A DNA stretch of 64,000 nucleotides from Phoronis australis. Its lineage: Eukaryota; Animalia; Phoronida. Location: positions 891,329-955,328 of the forward strand of contig NMRA01000038.1 in NCBI GenBank assembly GCA_002633005.1, read 5' to 3'. Under the pieces are notes generated by a model. The model was not told where the DNA came from. It worked only from the letters and a program-made list of their open reading frames with translations, and did no database searches. The translations under genes were made by a program, and so were the position numbers. Positions 51,401 to 61,890 of the stretch are shown here, one piece after another; the first letter of the stretch is position 1, and each line of letters starts with the position of its first letter.

Positions 51401-54400
51401 ACTGTTCTGACTGTCCATCATTTTTAGAAATCTTGATTAATGGTAGCTGTAGAACAGAATTTGAACATAGTAAAGCATTAATTTGATGCTACTAATCTTT
51501 CATTTTATAAAATTGGAAAATACAATTTCACTTGGCCACCATATTGTTTCATAATTAGTGAGATTTTAGCGTACCTGTCAACCTGGCTTTTAAGACCTGC
51601 TTTAACAAGGGGGTAGCTCTCATTGGCTAACCTGCTTGCCTCAGCAGTGCTGCCCCCTACAAGGAGTTGGTTGTCAAATTGTCAATGTTTTGAAGTGTTA
51701 AAATTAATTTGTATTTAAGCCCTTGGGATGCAGCGATTGAATTAGCTCTGCATTGCGAATATCATAATAGCAACTTGTATGCACCTGAAATGCTGGTTCA
51801 AGTTCAGAAATGATTGCATCCACTTAAAGTGCTCTTTAGTGATGAATTTCGTGGACATCCACACCTCTTACCTTTTTGTTACCATTCTAGATTTCCAAGG
51901 TAGTTCGCCACAGAGCAAACTAGGAAGTCTGTCCAATCTCCACGCATCAGTGAAGGTATTGTGACTTTTAGTAAAACATGTACTATCTTACAGTGTTCAA
52001 AGAGGCAGTGTTTGACAACATACATTTATTTGTAAATTTGGGCTCAGCTGCATAAAAGTGATAAGCCGGCTTAGCAACAATGACGTCACATTATCGTGCG
52101 TGAGGTTGATATTTTTGAACAATGCATATGATCAAATTTATCCAGTGAATAAGTTTTGACGTTTTGTGCAACCCAGCCCTGATGTACACCACCTGATACA
52201 ACTAGGAACTTAAAAAGTTTTATTTAGTTAAGAGTGTTGTCCTTTCGGGCAGGGTCTGAGCTTTAATGTCCGCAGGTTCGGGTGCCTTTAGTGCTGGTCT
52301 TTAGAAGGGAGACTATCGAAATATATCTACTCATCACCTAAGAAAAAAATTGTGATCTTAGTCAACACACAAAGTATGTATCAAATCTCTCTGTACCATA
52401 ATTGACCTATCGCCAGGACTTTGAGTGACAGCTTAAGTGACCAATCAGAATGCAGCATTCTTAACACACCTTTGTTTCCAAGCCGCCTTTTTACCCGACA
52501 AACAACACGTTGCCGATTAAAACTTATTGTTTGTTTGTGGACATTTTGCAAGGGGGCTGAGCTTGTGATAGGTCAATTGAAAAAGAGTTTAGCACGTCCA
52601 TGGGACTGGGAACTTACCAGTAGGTTGTACTTTTGGCTTGGTTTTGAGACATTGACAATTAGAAATGGAATGTAAACAGGCTAGTATTATTCTGGGGAGT
52701 TGGCCAACCCTTCCAAGATTAAGTGGCTTTGTAGGAATTGCTGATGTCTCAATTGATTTTGGTGGTGGAAACTAATTACAACCAAAGGAAGGAAAATTCA
52801 GACCAGTTTTCCAAAGTTAGTTAGCTTCTTTCAAGGTTTCTATTTTTGGGGGATTGGGCCCCAAGGAAATACCCTTTTAATGTTGCCTTTACTATTGAAG
52901 ACATGTTACTGCATGTCTCAGCTGAAAGTCTGATAGGGTTTTTCTCTTGCAGATAATGACCGACACTGTGGATGCATATTGTAAGCTCGTCTCCCCACAT
53001 CTGTGCTATTTCCATGAGGAAGTGCAATACTGGCACACTGCCATCACAAAGTTGAAGGTCAGAAGAAAAATAGGTCAAGGGCATCAAGTGCAATCTCCAA
53101 ACAGGTTTGTATGCTTGTCTTATCTTGGAATACAATGTATTCATTGTTAGAAGACAAAGAGTGGGACAAATAAAATATACCTTTCCTTGTTGCTCCTCCT
53201 GTGGTACTCATTGGTGGATCCGTTCACACCTTTAAAAACAAATGTGAGGATCATTGCTAATAAAATATGGATTTCGTTACCTGGCTTGTTAATTACTATA
53301 ATCAAGAATCCCATTTGCCACTCGCCAATCATTATTTGCAATTTGTGTTAAAATGCCTTAATTACAATCCCCTGGGGTTGGTATGAATTCATACCAGGCT
53401 AACGACATGTTGTCATCAGTCTGACAGTTTGATCATCATTCATAGAAAACATCCGTTGATTGCTCAGTGATTACAAATCAGATAAATTATCATGATGGTG
53501 TTATATAGCAGTGTATATTGGTGTTATATAGCAGTGTATATTGGTGTTATATAGCAGTGTATATTGGTGTTATATAGCAGTGTATATTGGTGTTATATAG
53601 CAGTGTATATTGGTGTTATATAGCAGTGTATATTGGTGTTACATAGCAGTGTATATTGGTGTTACATAGCAGTGTATGTTGGTGTTATACAGCAGTGTAT
53701 ATTGGTGTTATATAGCAGTGTATATTGGTGTTATATAGCAGTGTATATTGGTGTTATATAGCAGTGTATATTGGTGTTATATAGCAGTGTATGTTGGGGT
53801 TATATAGCAGTGGAGTCAACCATTCCATCCTGAATATCAGTAGAATTATTTCTACACCTTGCACGTGGTTTGAATGTTACCTCCAGAAGGGGTACCCTAA
53901 ACTGGTTATCCAGGGAACACAAAACTTTTTCACAATCCGACCTTGTGTTTGTTCTTATCATACCACTCGTATGACTTCATAGAAATAGTTGATATTAATT
54001 CATATGAACCAATCTTTTACCATGAACCAAAATTGCCTGTGTATAGTAGGACTGATCATATGTTGTAAAATATCCATTTCATTGTACCAAATTTTGTTAA
54101 CATATCGTATGGTACTTACCATGTCCAGATATGATTAACCATTGCGTAGATTATACTATTAAAATTTTTGTTTTACTGTAGGTTTTTAATGTACATATTT
54201 GTGCTTTAATAATCAAATTTTGTTAAGTTTTCTTCCCGTTTCTTCATCGTGGCTCCGTTGCCTACAGGTCCTTACTGAGTTCAGTTCTGACTAAGAAGAG
54301 AGTGACTGCATCGGCCATTTTGACAGATGTGTGTGCATCTGTTGCTACGGCAACGCATGCAGGATTTTCAGCTGGGTTGACTCATGCAAAGTTTACAGTG

Positions 54401-57400
54401 CGCCATACTCCCGAATCAAGTGGTACAGTAACCGTTGTATCTTGTTTGGCTAGGTTAACACTAATTCATTTAAACGCTTATGACCATTCTACTTACTTTA
54501 TAAAACAAAACTTTCCGACGTTGTGAAGCTGCCTTGCTCCTTCTAGTGAACGTTGATGACTGAACACTGGCGGAGGTTGACAGAATTTTTGCGGGAAGCA
54601 GACAGTCATCAATCCCCAGGAAAAGGAGCCAGGCTGCTCCGCAACGTCAGGAAGTTTGTTTTATATTAATTTCAATAGTCATGGGGTTATAATTTTTTTA
54701 ATCTATTTGTTCACTTGGATGAATAACGATATCCATCACTTACTCCCAAACTTTCCGTTCTGAACAAACACCTGTTTGTTGCATGCCTATCTCTCATTTA
54801 TACACCTTATTCATGCAGTCGCCATTTTAAAAGTGAGCCTCTTTAAGTTTTAAAAGCAATGCATTCCGCGCTTATTAACAGTGCAAAGCGCAATTTTTTC
54901 GCATGCCTCATTAATATTTATGTCTCAAATGCATTGTTTTTTAAACCAAGAGGTTCACTTTTAAAATGGCGACTGCATGAATTAGGTGTAAATGGTCAAG
55001 GTTTTTAGTTCCTTTCGTATGCCATTGTCCCAATTTGTTAATGCCTCTCTGCAGATTTACTTCTCTGTACTTGAGGCCCACATTATATAAAGATAACAAA
55101 ATACTTTTTCAGAAACTCACAGCGCTGTTCTGTTTGAGGGAGCTCACTGCCGTCTGGCCGCTGAACAACGCAATGATGTCACGCTTTCCCACAATTCTCA
55201 TGCATGGGACACTGTGTTGTTTCTAAACAGGGTGGATGCAGACGTATGTATTCATATAGTGGTTTTGTATCCCAAGACGCTTTGTCTCATTATACAGAGA
55301 TTTTTGATGAATACTTTGACTCCATGGTTGCTTAGAAGATGTAGAGCTGTGTGGAACCTGTGACATTGAAATAGTTTAGTCTTTTTCCATAAGAAAATCC
55401 TAAGTTTCTCAGTCTTCTAGGTGTTTTGAATGGGTGATGTTCTTGAGATTTCATTATAAGGGGCCTGTGCTAAAGTTATAGAGATATGAACTGCAAAGAG
55501 TCAAAGTTTTCATATGGTTAGATAAGTTTAGAAAATTATTAAAATTCTTTGAAAAATTGAACACTTCAGTTTTTGGTTTTGTTTAGTTTTCTTCCGTCAG
55601 TTATGTTCATTAATCACATTTTCTGAATTGTTGCACTGCTAAATTTAATATTAAAACTTTTCTTACAACCTGCTTCTCGTAAAAGAATATAATCGGTTCA
55701 TTTTCAGTTCATCAAAAATGGTCGCCAGTACCAAGTAGAAACCACAGTCAGTTGTTTGCAGTTGGAGTGGTCAACGGCCATAGCCACAGGACTGGTTCAG
55801 TTACTGACTGCAGTTAACAAGTCCATGGGTCACAATAAGAGTCATTTAGCTGCTACCGAATTGGAAAGTCCAGCTGAGAATATGGATTCTAGTGTACAGG
55901 ATGCCATTTTGATGGGAAATCACCCAGGTGACAATTTTTAAATAAGTTCTCCAGGTGACATTTTTCAATCAGTAACATCTGGGTTATGTATAACGTTATA
56001 CACTTGGTGACCTATTTGTTCTCTATTTTCTCAAAAAAAGTTTATTATTGTAAACATTTCGGATATTGGAAAACTGTTGGGAAATTTGTTACCTTGTCCA
56101 TGATTTTTAAATGAATGGAAGCAGTTGGCCATTGAGTTTACATGTTTATTTAATTTTTTATTTATTTAGACTTCTTTATAAGACTGGGTGACCACTAATA
56201 AAAATGTTATCGTCATCTCAAAATATATAAAGTAACTAAGAACTATGAACACGTAAAAACTTTTTTTGAAATTAGGAGATGAAGTGAATCATTTCATGTC
56301 ATTCACAGCATTCCTGTGGTCATGTGACCATGTGTTTTTGGTAAAAATATTGTTTTTGAAAGGTACATTGATAGGGAAAAGTCCTTTCACCTGTATTCAC
56401 CAAACTTTCTGTCTGGGATTTTACATAACTTGAACGGATTTTTTTAATTGCAAAAATATGTTCAGTGTTTCAGTATTTAATAAAACAAAAAATAATGAAA
56501 GCTCCAATACAAAATCACAGTTTTGACATAAAAGATTAAGAGTAAATTCAAACACATTTAAAATTGAACTCTTTTTCTTCATCTGGTGTTCCAAAACTTT
56601 AAGTCGCAATCGCAGAAAAATTTTCTATCAACAGTTGAACACTCATTGTTTTTGCAAACACTTTTAAGTCTGGTCACCACGCCATTTGTTGGCCACATCA
56701 CGTGAAAAGATTTCTGCCCCTGTGGAGAAGGTCCCAGATTCGAGTCCCGGTCGGAGGCAGAAATCTTTTCAATCATATTTTCATTAGGTCACGTGATGTG
56801 TCCAACAGATGGCGTGCTAACCAAACTTAAAAATGCTCGCGATATATTACCATGGTGTATTGAGATTTACACATTTTGTATTTGATTTATGTTCCAAATT
56901 ACGCTTGGCAGTTATGGCAGTCACTGTAATGTATTCAAGTTTCCTTCTTTAATTTAATTTTTCAAAATAATGAAACATTCGTTAAAGTGGTGAGAAGTAT
57001 TTTATGCTGAAGCTTGAAATGTCGATCACATGATTCATTGTAGATAGATGGAAATTTAGGTCAGCGGGTCACCTTCAAATGGTTCACTGACACCATTGAG
57101 TTTATTGGATAATAAATTACATGAAACCACATAAAAATTTCGAAGACAGTTGTGTGACAAAGTATTAGAGCTTGGGTGGGATTTACACCAAATTTATGAA
57201 GTTTTGATGAACTCATGGTGGATTTCTAGTCCAGGCAATCTCGCGTTGGTAGGTGAATTTCAATAACGGCTATTCGGCCACCTGAGGAGTTTGGCTTCGA
57301 CTGAGCAGCCAGCACTCGAGGTGTTCATGCTATCGGCATACACGCGAGATTCATCTTGTATTTCCACGAAACATTTCCTATGCAGTCTGACTTTTACACA

Positions 57401-60400
57401 ACATAACAATAAATAAAACTGAACTGTGAAACAAGTAGACAGCTGACATACTCAACAAAGTGCCTGGGTTGACAGACAACTGTGCTGTACATTGTGGGAA
57501 AACTTTGGTGAGATATTTGTTGCATGGAAACAAACCAATTCGGTTATAACAGCTTTTCACATACTTAGTGACATTTTTCACTGGAACACAAATATTTGTA
57601 TGGAATTAAATTTATTTGAAGTCTTCAAACTTTTTGCTGCACGCACAGCTTATATCGTTAATGTAGTGCTTTTGTGAAGTAGGGTTACACACAACTTAAA
57701 AAACTTGTGACCAACAACAGGAACACATTTATCAGGAAATCTTCATTTAAAGGTTTAACTAGAAAAATTTCACACTTATCGAATTTCGGTGTCTGACATG
57801 ATAGTCAGTTTTAAATTTATTTCTCTTAATAGTTTTCTTCTGTACGTGTGATTGGATTTTGTCAGTGTACTTGACATTTGGCTTATCTAAATAGCACTTT
57901 CCAATTCAAAGAAGTTTTTGAAGATTTAATGTCAGGGCTGCTCAACATTTACTGTCTGACTGGTTATCATTTCAGACTAATCTTCAACTCGCCTTGTACG
58001 AACCCACGATTATCTTGTCCAAAAACTTCGAATGAACCACTCTATGTCATCAGTGTATTATGGGAACAAGATTGCAAACACCAAACATTTAGACCAATTA
58101 TTGTTAAAATATTACGTGTCTCTGTTAAGCAGAATATTTTACAAGAACTATTCATGTTTTATCCATGGCAGGCAATTACTTGAAAATTAAACTTATCTGT
58201 GCCGTTTTTTTCTTTATGTTAAAAGATAACCTTTTTCCAGGATGCAACAAATCTTCTGAATCTCAATTTTCTTGGAAAGATGTGAACGTCTTAGCCAAGT
58301 GTAATGGTGTAAATGTTTTCTTGTGCTGTGGATATAGGGGTAAGTTGCATCAGTTGATTTGAGAATAAGATATTTATAAAGTTTTCTAGCATCGGTTTTA
58401 ATTACATAGTTGGTGTTTACATTTTACGGTACCTGTACATGTACAAGCTTGGATAACAAGTTCCACAAGAACGCCACCAAATTCTGTAGAGGTAGCAGAA
58501 AAGTCACCCATCACTCACTAGATGGCACTAAAAATGTGACCTGAGCAGATGGCTACAGACGAAAACAGTGGAAGATGTAAACCGCATTCTTGCAAAACTG
58601 TCCCGTTTCTGCTTGCTGGGTTATGTGAACTTTATCTTCGCATCGTTATTGTCAGTTTCCTTTTAATACTGCCTAAATTCAATGTTAATTTGATGTTGCT
58701 AATTAAAGTACTTTCAAACCCCATTCTGTCAAAGAAAACTCTCAATTTAGGCCCCCTAGTGCTGTAAAACAGATCTCTTGGTTCCTTACTGGGATGAGAA
58801 ATGGTTTCTGGGCTTGAAATGAAGTGTTAGCTCGTCATTAGATGAGACCATGCTCTGTGCACACAATGACCCGCTGTGACAAGCCAACTTGTAGCACCTA
58901 GTCTCTATCATTGACAAACTCCCATTTTTTTTCCAAAACATAAAGTCTCCTCTAATTTTGCTAAGGAACAAATCGAGGCAAATTTCATCTAAATCAAAAG
59001 TTAGTTTTTGTGGCGAAAGACTGGTTTACAACTGCTTTGAAATACTATTCAATGTTGACTGATAGTGTTTCAGTATTGATTTAACATTTGTGTGTAGGTT
59101 GCCCTGGTCAGTTCATTCTAGTGTCTCATAGTGGACAGTCATATGTGACAAATGTGCCAGACGGTGAGCTTGAAACAATTTTGAATGTTTGGTAAATACG
59201 CATTGTATTCTATTCCCGCAGTCGGTGCCATGCTACGGATTAACTCAGCTGGTCTGGTGTCTAGGCATGGCAAGGTGTCCTTTGATACTCAGGGTGTAAA
59301 GTGCGTTCATTTGCCGAAGTTGAACAAGGTAAGCGAGTAGTCAGCGAGGTTCTCCCATACCAGAAGTTGGTTCACACAAAGATAATTGCTGAAAGTGGTT
59401 GTTTTTCCATTTTTCAAAAACTGATTTCTTTGCTACAAATACTGGACACTTTACCAAATGTTGTATTATGACGTCTATACACTACAAACTATGGTTACTA
59501 AGTATTATTAATCTTAACCATTGTGGAGAAATTTGACATAATAAAATTTTACTTGTCGGCTATATTGTGTGCTGAATAATCGTAGACATGTGCCGTCTAC
59601 TTGGGTGGGGTTTGTTCTCTAAGGTAGGGTAGTGGTTCCATATTGTGGGTTTGTGGTATCGTCATGGATAAAGGTTGGGCAATAGTGCCAGCAGCAGGGA
59701 GTATTGTCAGGTACTCATTTTTACTGATTGTGTAAGTATAGTTTACCTATGACTCAACCACATCTTGGCATTATTTTTTACATTGTTCAACTTGTTACTA
59801 CCGTTGTTAAAATGTTAAAGTGATGTTGACCATTTTATTTTTATTTTGTAGTGTGAACCAATCATGCAGGCTTCGGAGTTCAACAGCTACGTGTGTCATT
59901 TGAAGGAAATGCGTTTTTCCTACACAGAGAAGGTATGAACTTGAATTGGAGTTGGTGAAGGCAACTGATTTTTTTTTCTGTTGCATGTTTTCCAATTTCC
60001 TAAAAATAACACAACAAGTGTTATAAATGACAGTTGACCGACAAACTCGCTCAGGACAATGTGGTATGGAAAGTATTGCTGATTACTAAACAAGGCATTA
60101 TTCTTCACAGCTATGAAGTTTGAAGGCGATCATACCATTTGGCATTAGCGACACTAGCATGGCTTACATAGGGTCAGCCATAATCCTATTTGGAAAATTT
60201 GTGACTATAGAAATTACAGATTTTTGAATCAATATTCATTTGTAAGCTTATCAACCGTCTCAGTGGTTCATGCAACTTACAGGAGATGTGAAATAAATGA
60301 AACTCCCACATTTATTCACTTGCTTTGTTGATTTCTTCTGACAAACTATAACTTTTCATGTCATTAACAGATTTTTCTCGGTGATCTTTCGACTCCCAGA

Positions 60401-61423
60401 CGTATTAGTTTTCACCTGAGGAGCCCTCTTGGCCTTGCGGGGAACTTTGAATTGTATAACTGTGTCAACCCTTTTGTACGAAAATTGGCTATTCAGTACT
60501 TAATTTCTGTTGACTCGTGGGGTACACTGAAAACCTGATGCAATTATATCGAGTATTTGCATCAAAAGAATTTTCTTCACTTTTGTTTTCCAGGAAGCCA
60601 GCTGCCATATTCTGGAGGAGCTGTCCTTTGTGTGGGACACGGGCTTCCACATGTGTCTGTTGGAGACTGTTAGAGACACACTGGAGCTAAGGCCAAAACT
60701 ACAAGGTAAAAAGTGGCCAACTGTTTATTATTTCTGATTATCTAAACCGAACTTATCCAGAGGTCCTGCCAAAAGAATGCAAACTTTGTCCTCTGTGTCT
60801 TGCCATTGTTATAATGTTCTCATTCTTTTTGATGAATTGCGCAATTATTGACCTATGAAGTAACGTTGTTTTCAGGATTTCAAGATGTAGTAAGGAACTC
60901 GGACCACTTTAATCATCTCATTTTTGGGTATGAAAAGCAACATAGTTTGCTTTGAATGTTTATAATTTTGTTTTATTTGTTTGTTTCAGAAGTCTGTGAA
61001 AAGTAGTCAGATGGTGTAGATTGCATTTGTAAATATTGCTTGGCTTGATTCTCAGCTACACTTAAAACAACATGATCTTCCATTGACTTGCCTGCCATCT
61101 GTGGGGCTCATGTTCTGAACTTCCATATACCTACCTGCCATCTTTAGGGGGCATTATCATGTTTTGAACACCCATAGACTTGCCAGCCAGACTTGTGTCC
61201 TGAACATCCGTATACTTGCCTGTGGGGATTGTCATGTTCTAAACACCCATTGAACTGTCTGCCATCTTTTGGGCTTATCATGTTCTGTTACAGCTCTTTC
61301 CAAACACCAGACAATCTCTGCAGCTAAAACGCCTACATCAAAGTCTTCCATTCCATTGACATCTGTCCACGTGTTAGTCCAGGCTAATCTGATGGTATCT
61401 CTTCAGTTGTCCAAGCAGCACAG
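36394..61423 (+). CDS. BLTP2: Bridge-like lipid transfer protein 2 (KIAA0100/hobbit), 5' part: coding exons 1-19; gene continues beyond the right edge
   Basis: N-terminal TM segment MSFYLWLVFFILLIPWFISR followed by blocks colinear with recalled human KIAA0100: NVTIQL, VCVGDVRV, SVHVKSINLMLLK, FLQYIP, YFHEEVQYW, HAWDTVLFL, LQLEWS, LSFVWDTGFHMCL; 19 exons with consistent phases. Confidence 0.9.
38230..38559. mobile_element. Fold-back Penelope-like/retrozyme-type insertion nested in the Academ element
   Basis: Flanked by 11-bp direct repeat AGTATACAACA (38219-38229, 38560-38570); inverted arms 38267-~38366 and ~38485-38559. Confidence 0.72.
38325..38366 (-). ncRNA. Minimal type I hammerhead ribozyme motif
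   Basis: Minus strand CAC-CUGAUGA-UGGCCGG agaauaga CCGACC-GAAAC-GUC-GUG: complete core, stem I CAC/GUG, stem II, loopless palindromic stem III. Confidence 0.7.
38895..40287 (+). pseudogene. Frameshifted Academ ORF, XPG/PIN-like nuclease region
   Basis: Fragments KYCLIPMPPSLGT..KTNKASILHYL, FIQDG, DFKTFLAND, RIPDTDV, LYLDTGSGKHPRLLNL, DCTSAFKRKGKV (H3TH-like), LKPHIQQVNH, GQGW..VEPVW; N-terminal remnant GYHRQNYEHFT near 37817. Confidence 0.78.
41718..41841 (+). CDS. BLTP2: BLTP2 exon 2
   Basis: tttcag|, VIAWIACWLLERYLKIEAKVEKVGYFNFRNVTIQLRDNLVV, |GTAAGT. Confidence 0.92.
42460..43760 (-). mobile_element. HINE-like element, copy 3 (inverted)
   Basis: Reverse complement of copies 1 and 2; TATGCGCCCACATATTTATATGTGGTCGCATA hairpin at left, GCATTTCAACGCTCCGCGTCTCTCTTGT at right. 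Confidence 0.82.
44268..44672 (-). mobile_element. TTAA-flanked Kolobok-like element, copy 2
   Basis: TTAA|AGTGGAACTTGCACGCT...AGCATGCAAATACATCT|TTAA; aligns end to end with 2647-3046. Confidence 0.7.
45353..45402 (+). CDS. BLTP2: BLTP2 exon 3
   Basis: ttctag|CAG (NAGNAG acceptor), QLDCLSFSSSFVNNEI(T), |GTAAGT; phase 0->2 bridges exons 2 and 4. Confidence 0.85.
45563..45765. mobile_element. Hairpin MITE-like element with central tRNA B-box fragment, copy 1
   Basis: TAAGTCTGGTCAGC..CACCTGTAGCCACATCATGTGACC / GGTCACGTGATGTGGTCACAGGTGG..GCTGACCAGACTTA; homolog at 56664-56845. Confidence 0.68.
45803..46105 (+). repeat. ~300-bp interspersed repeat, copy 1
   Basis: ATTGAAATTCACT...GCCAGACAG...CACCTACAGAT...AAGAAGA.TCCGC.CCAAAGC; direct homolog at 48191-48497. 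Confidence 0.75.
46458..46614 (+). CDS. BLTP2: BLTP2 exon 4
   Basis: ctctag|, KPFAVCVGDVRVEL...LRILPWIQ, |GTATTT. Confidence 0.9.
47149..47660. repeat. 34-bp minisatellite, ~15 copies
   Basis: (ATTGTGGCATGAACGTTAACACTCAGGCAGCCAT)n. Confidence 0.95.
47907..48086 (+). CDS. BLTP2: BLTP2 exon 5
   Basis: ttccag|, MTSVHVKSINLMLLKSVAAECLIH...KIIQEVEQ, |GTAATA. Confidence 0.92.
48191..48497 (+). repeat. ~300-bp interspersed repeat, copy 2
   Basis: Colinear with 45803-46105. Confidence 0.75.
48686..48875 (+). mobile_element. tRNA-derived SINE, copy B
   Basis: GGAGGCAGTGTGGCCTAGTG (A box) ... GGTTCGAGTCC (B box 48740); shared body TCTAGCTCCT...GTTCCRGGTGAYCAGTGC. Confidence 0.78.
48937..49023 (+). 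CDS. BLTP2: BLTP2 exon 6
   Basis: ttttag|, EGLVQPQLAHWSSGFQVLLLVNTLKLEPQ, |GTATGC. Confidence 0.82.
49768..49858 (+). CDS. BLTP2: BLTP2 exon 7 (probable GC donor)
   Basis: tttcag|, LFKVSLRAPRVLVTEGLIQRLQAARQDAPM, G|GCAAGT gives the phase-1 end needed for exon 8. Confidence 0.8.
50494..50635 (+). CDS. BLTP2: BLTP2 exon 8
   Basis: tttcag|, DPTR...SFLQYIPRVIDLTIEGSTVKFSRETAQ(R), |GTTAGT. Confidence 0.9.
50765..50870. repeat. Imperfect (CA)n microsatellite
   Basis: CACACA/CATGCACGCACACA run. Confidence 0.9.
51132..51232 (+). CDS. BLTP2: BLTP2 exon 9
   Basis: catcag|, DLTVAVGLVSATAKHSRHEPGMVTCGDLAVKIE, |GTAGGT, phase 2->1. Confidence 0.85.
51891..51955 (+). CDS. BLTP2: BLTP2 exon 10
   Basis: ttctag|, DFQGSSPQSKLGSLSNLHASVK, |GTATTG. 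Confidence 0.86.
52040..52179. mobile_element. Short MITE (Harbinger-like termini)
   Basis: GGGCTCAGCTGCATAAAA ... TTTTGTGCAACCCAGCCC imperfect TIRs. Confidence 0.55.
52400..52578. mobile_element. Short MITE
   Basis: AATTGACCTATC ... GATAGGTCAATT TIRs; left ~110 bp has an inverted homolog at ~23388-23492. Confidence 0.62.
52953..53104 (+). CDS. BLTP2: BLTP2 exon 11
   Basis: ttgcag|, IMTDTVDAYCKLVSPHLCYFHEEVQYW...QSPN(R), |GTTTGT. Confidence 0.9.
53496..53812. repeat. 23-bp minisatellite, ~13-14 copies
   Basis: (TGGTGTTATATAGCAGTGTATAT)n. Confidence 0.95.
54268..54422 (+). CDS. BLTP2: BLTP2 exon 12
   Basis: ctacag|, SLLSSVLTKKRVTASAILTDVCASV...FSAGLTHAKFTVRHTPESS, |GTACAG, phase 2->1. Confidence 0.85.
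54801..54990. mobile_element. MITE with ~43-bp TIRs
   Basis: TACACCTTATTCATGCAGTCGCCATTTTAAAAGTGAGCCTCTT / AAGAGGTTCACTTTTAAAATGGCGACTGCATGAATTAGGTGTA. Confidence 0.8.
55113..55243 (+). CDS. BLTP2: BLTP2 exon 13
   Basis: tttcag|, ETHSAVLFEGAHCRL...HAWDTVLFLNRVDAD, |GTATGT. Confidence 0.88.
55708..55927 (+). CDS. BLTP2: BLTP2 exon 14
   Basis: tttcag|, FIKNGRQYQVETTVSCLQLEWSTAIATGLVQLL...GNHP, |GTGACA. Confidence 0.86.
56664..56845. mobile_element. Hairpin MITE-like element, copy 2
   Basis: TTAAGTCTGGTCACCACGCCATTTGTTGGCCACATCACGTGA / TCACGTGATGTGTCCAACAGATGGCGTGCTAACCAAACTTAA; central GATTCGAGTCC. Confidence 0.68.
58241..58339 (+). CDS. BLTP2: BLTP2 exon 15
   Basis: ttccag|, GCNKSSESQFSWKDVNVLAKCNGVNVFLCCGYR, |GTAAGT. 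Confidence 0.88.
59222..59328 (+). CDS. BLTP2: BLTP2 exon 16
   Basis: ccgcag|, VGAMLRINSAGLVSRHGKVSFDTQGVKCVHLPKLNK, |GTAAGC. Confidence 0.87.
59852..59932 (+). CDS. BLTP2: BLTP2 exon 17
   Basis: ttgtag|, CEPIMQASEFNSYVCHLKEMRFSYTEK, |GTATGA. Confidence 0.86.
60594..60705 (+). CDS. BLTP2: BLTP2 exon 18
   Basis: ttccag|, EASCHILEELSFVWDTGFHMCLLETVRDTLELRPKLQ, |GTAAAA. Confidence 0.9.
61080..61290. repeat. Degenerate ~40-47-bp tandem repeat, ~5 copies, abutting the exon 19 acceptor
   Basis: Recurring CCAT.GACTTGCCTGCCATCT..GGGG...TCATGTTCTGAAC units. Confidence 0.7.
61294..61423 (+). CDS. BLTP2: BLTP2 exon 19
   Basis: ttacag|, ALSKHQTISAAKTP...VHVLVQANLMVSLQLSKQH(R), |GTTGGT, phase 1->2. 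Confidence 0.8.
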
Positions 61424-61759
61424 GTTGGTTACAGCTTCTGTTTAGGACTGTGCATGATACATTCAAAATGTAGAACCCTACACGACATGTTCACAAAGCC
61501 GCATGTGCAGCTAAATACTCCTTTTATTAAAACTAGAAACCAGTGTACGTCCAGCTGAATTTTGTGAAAACCTCTAAATTCTTTTGAAACTCTGCCCGTT
61601 TCACAGCACCATGTATTTCATCAGTGTTATTTGTACAAGAACTGCTGTCATCAAGAAGCCTGTTTATCAGGAGCACTGATCTAAGGTCCTGTTGTGTGAA
61701 GCAGGGCAATTACTGCTTTAGCGATGACTTTGCAGCTGTTAAACACTGGCTCAAATGAA

Positions 61760-61890
61760 TATAGATTATAACATGGCGAAGTCGTTTTCCCCCGTAATCT
61801 AGAGCCCGAGTGGATTTTGGAGAATTCTCCAAAATCCACGAGGGTTCTAGATAAGGGGGATAACGACTGAGAATGTGTAATAATCTATTT
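61760..61890. repeat. Long palindrome centred on GAATTC
   Basis: AGTCGTTTTCCCCCGTAATCTAGAGCCCGAGTGGATTTTGGAG-AATT-CTCCAAAATCCACGAGGGTTCTAGATAAGGGGGATAACGACT plus outer ATAGATTAT/ATAATCTAT. Confidence 0.9.

Noticed and set aside
54561-54563. Selenocysteine or readthrough TGA in BLTP2
   Set aside because: The segment is not needed for the reading frame, its donor phase is incompatible with exon 13, and no SECIS can be assessed in this window
59098-59190. Additional BLTP2 exon after tgtgtag at ~59097
   Set aside because: Exons 15 and 16 already join in phase and colinearly with the recalled orthologue; no supporting similarity
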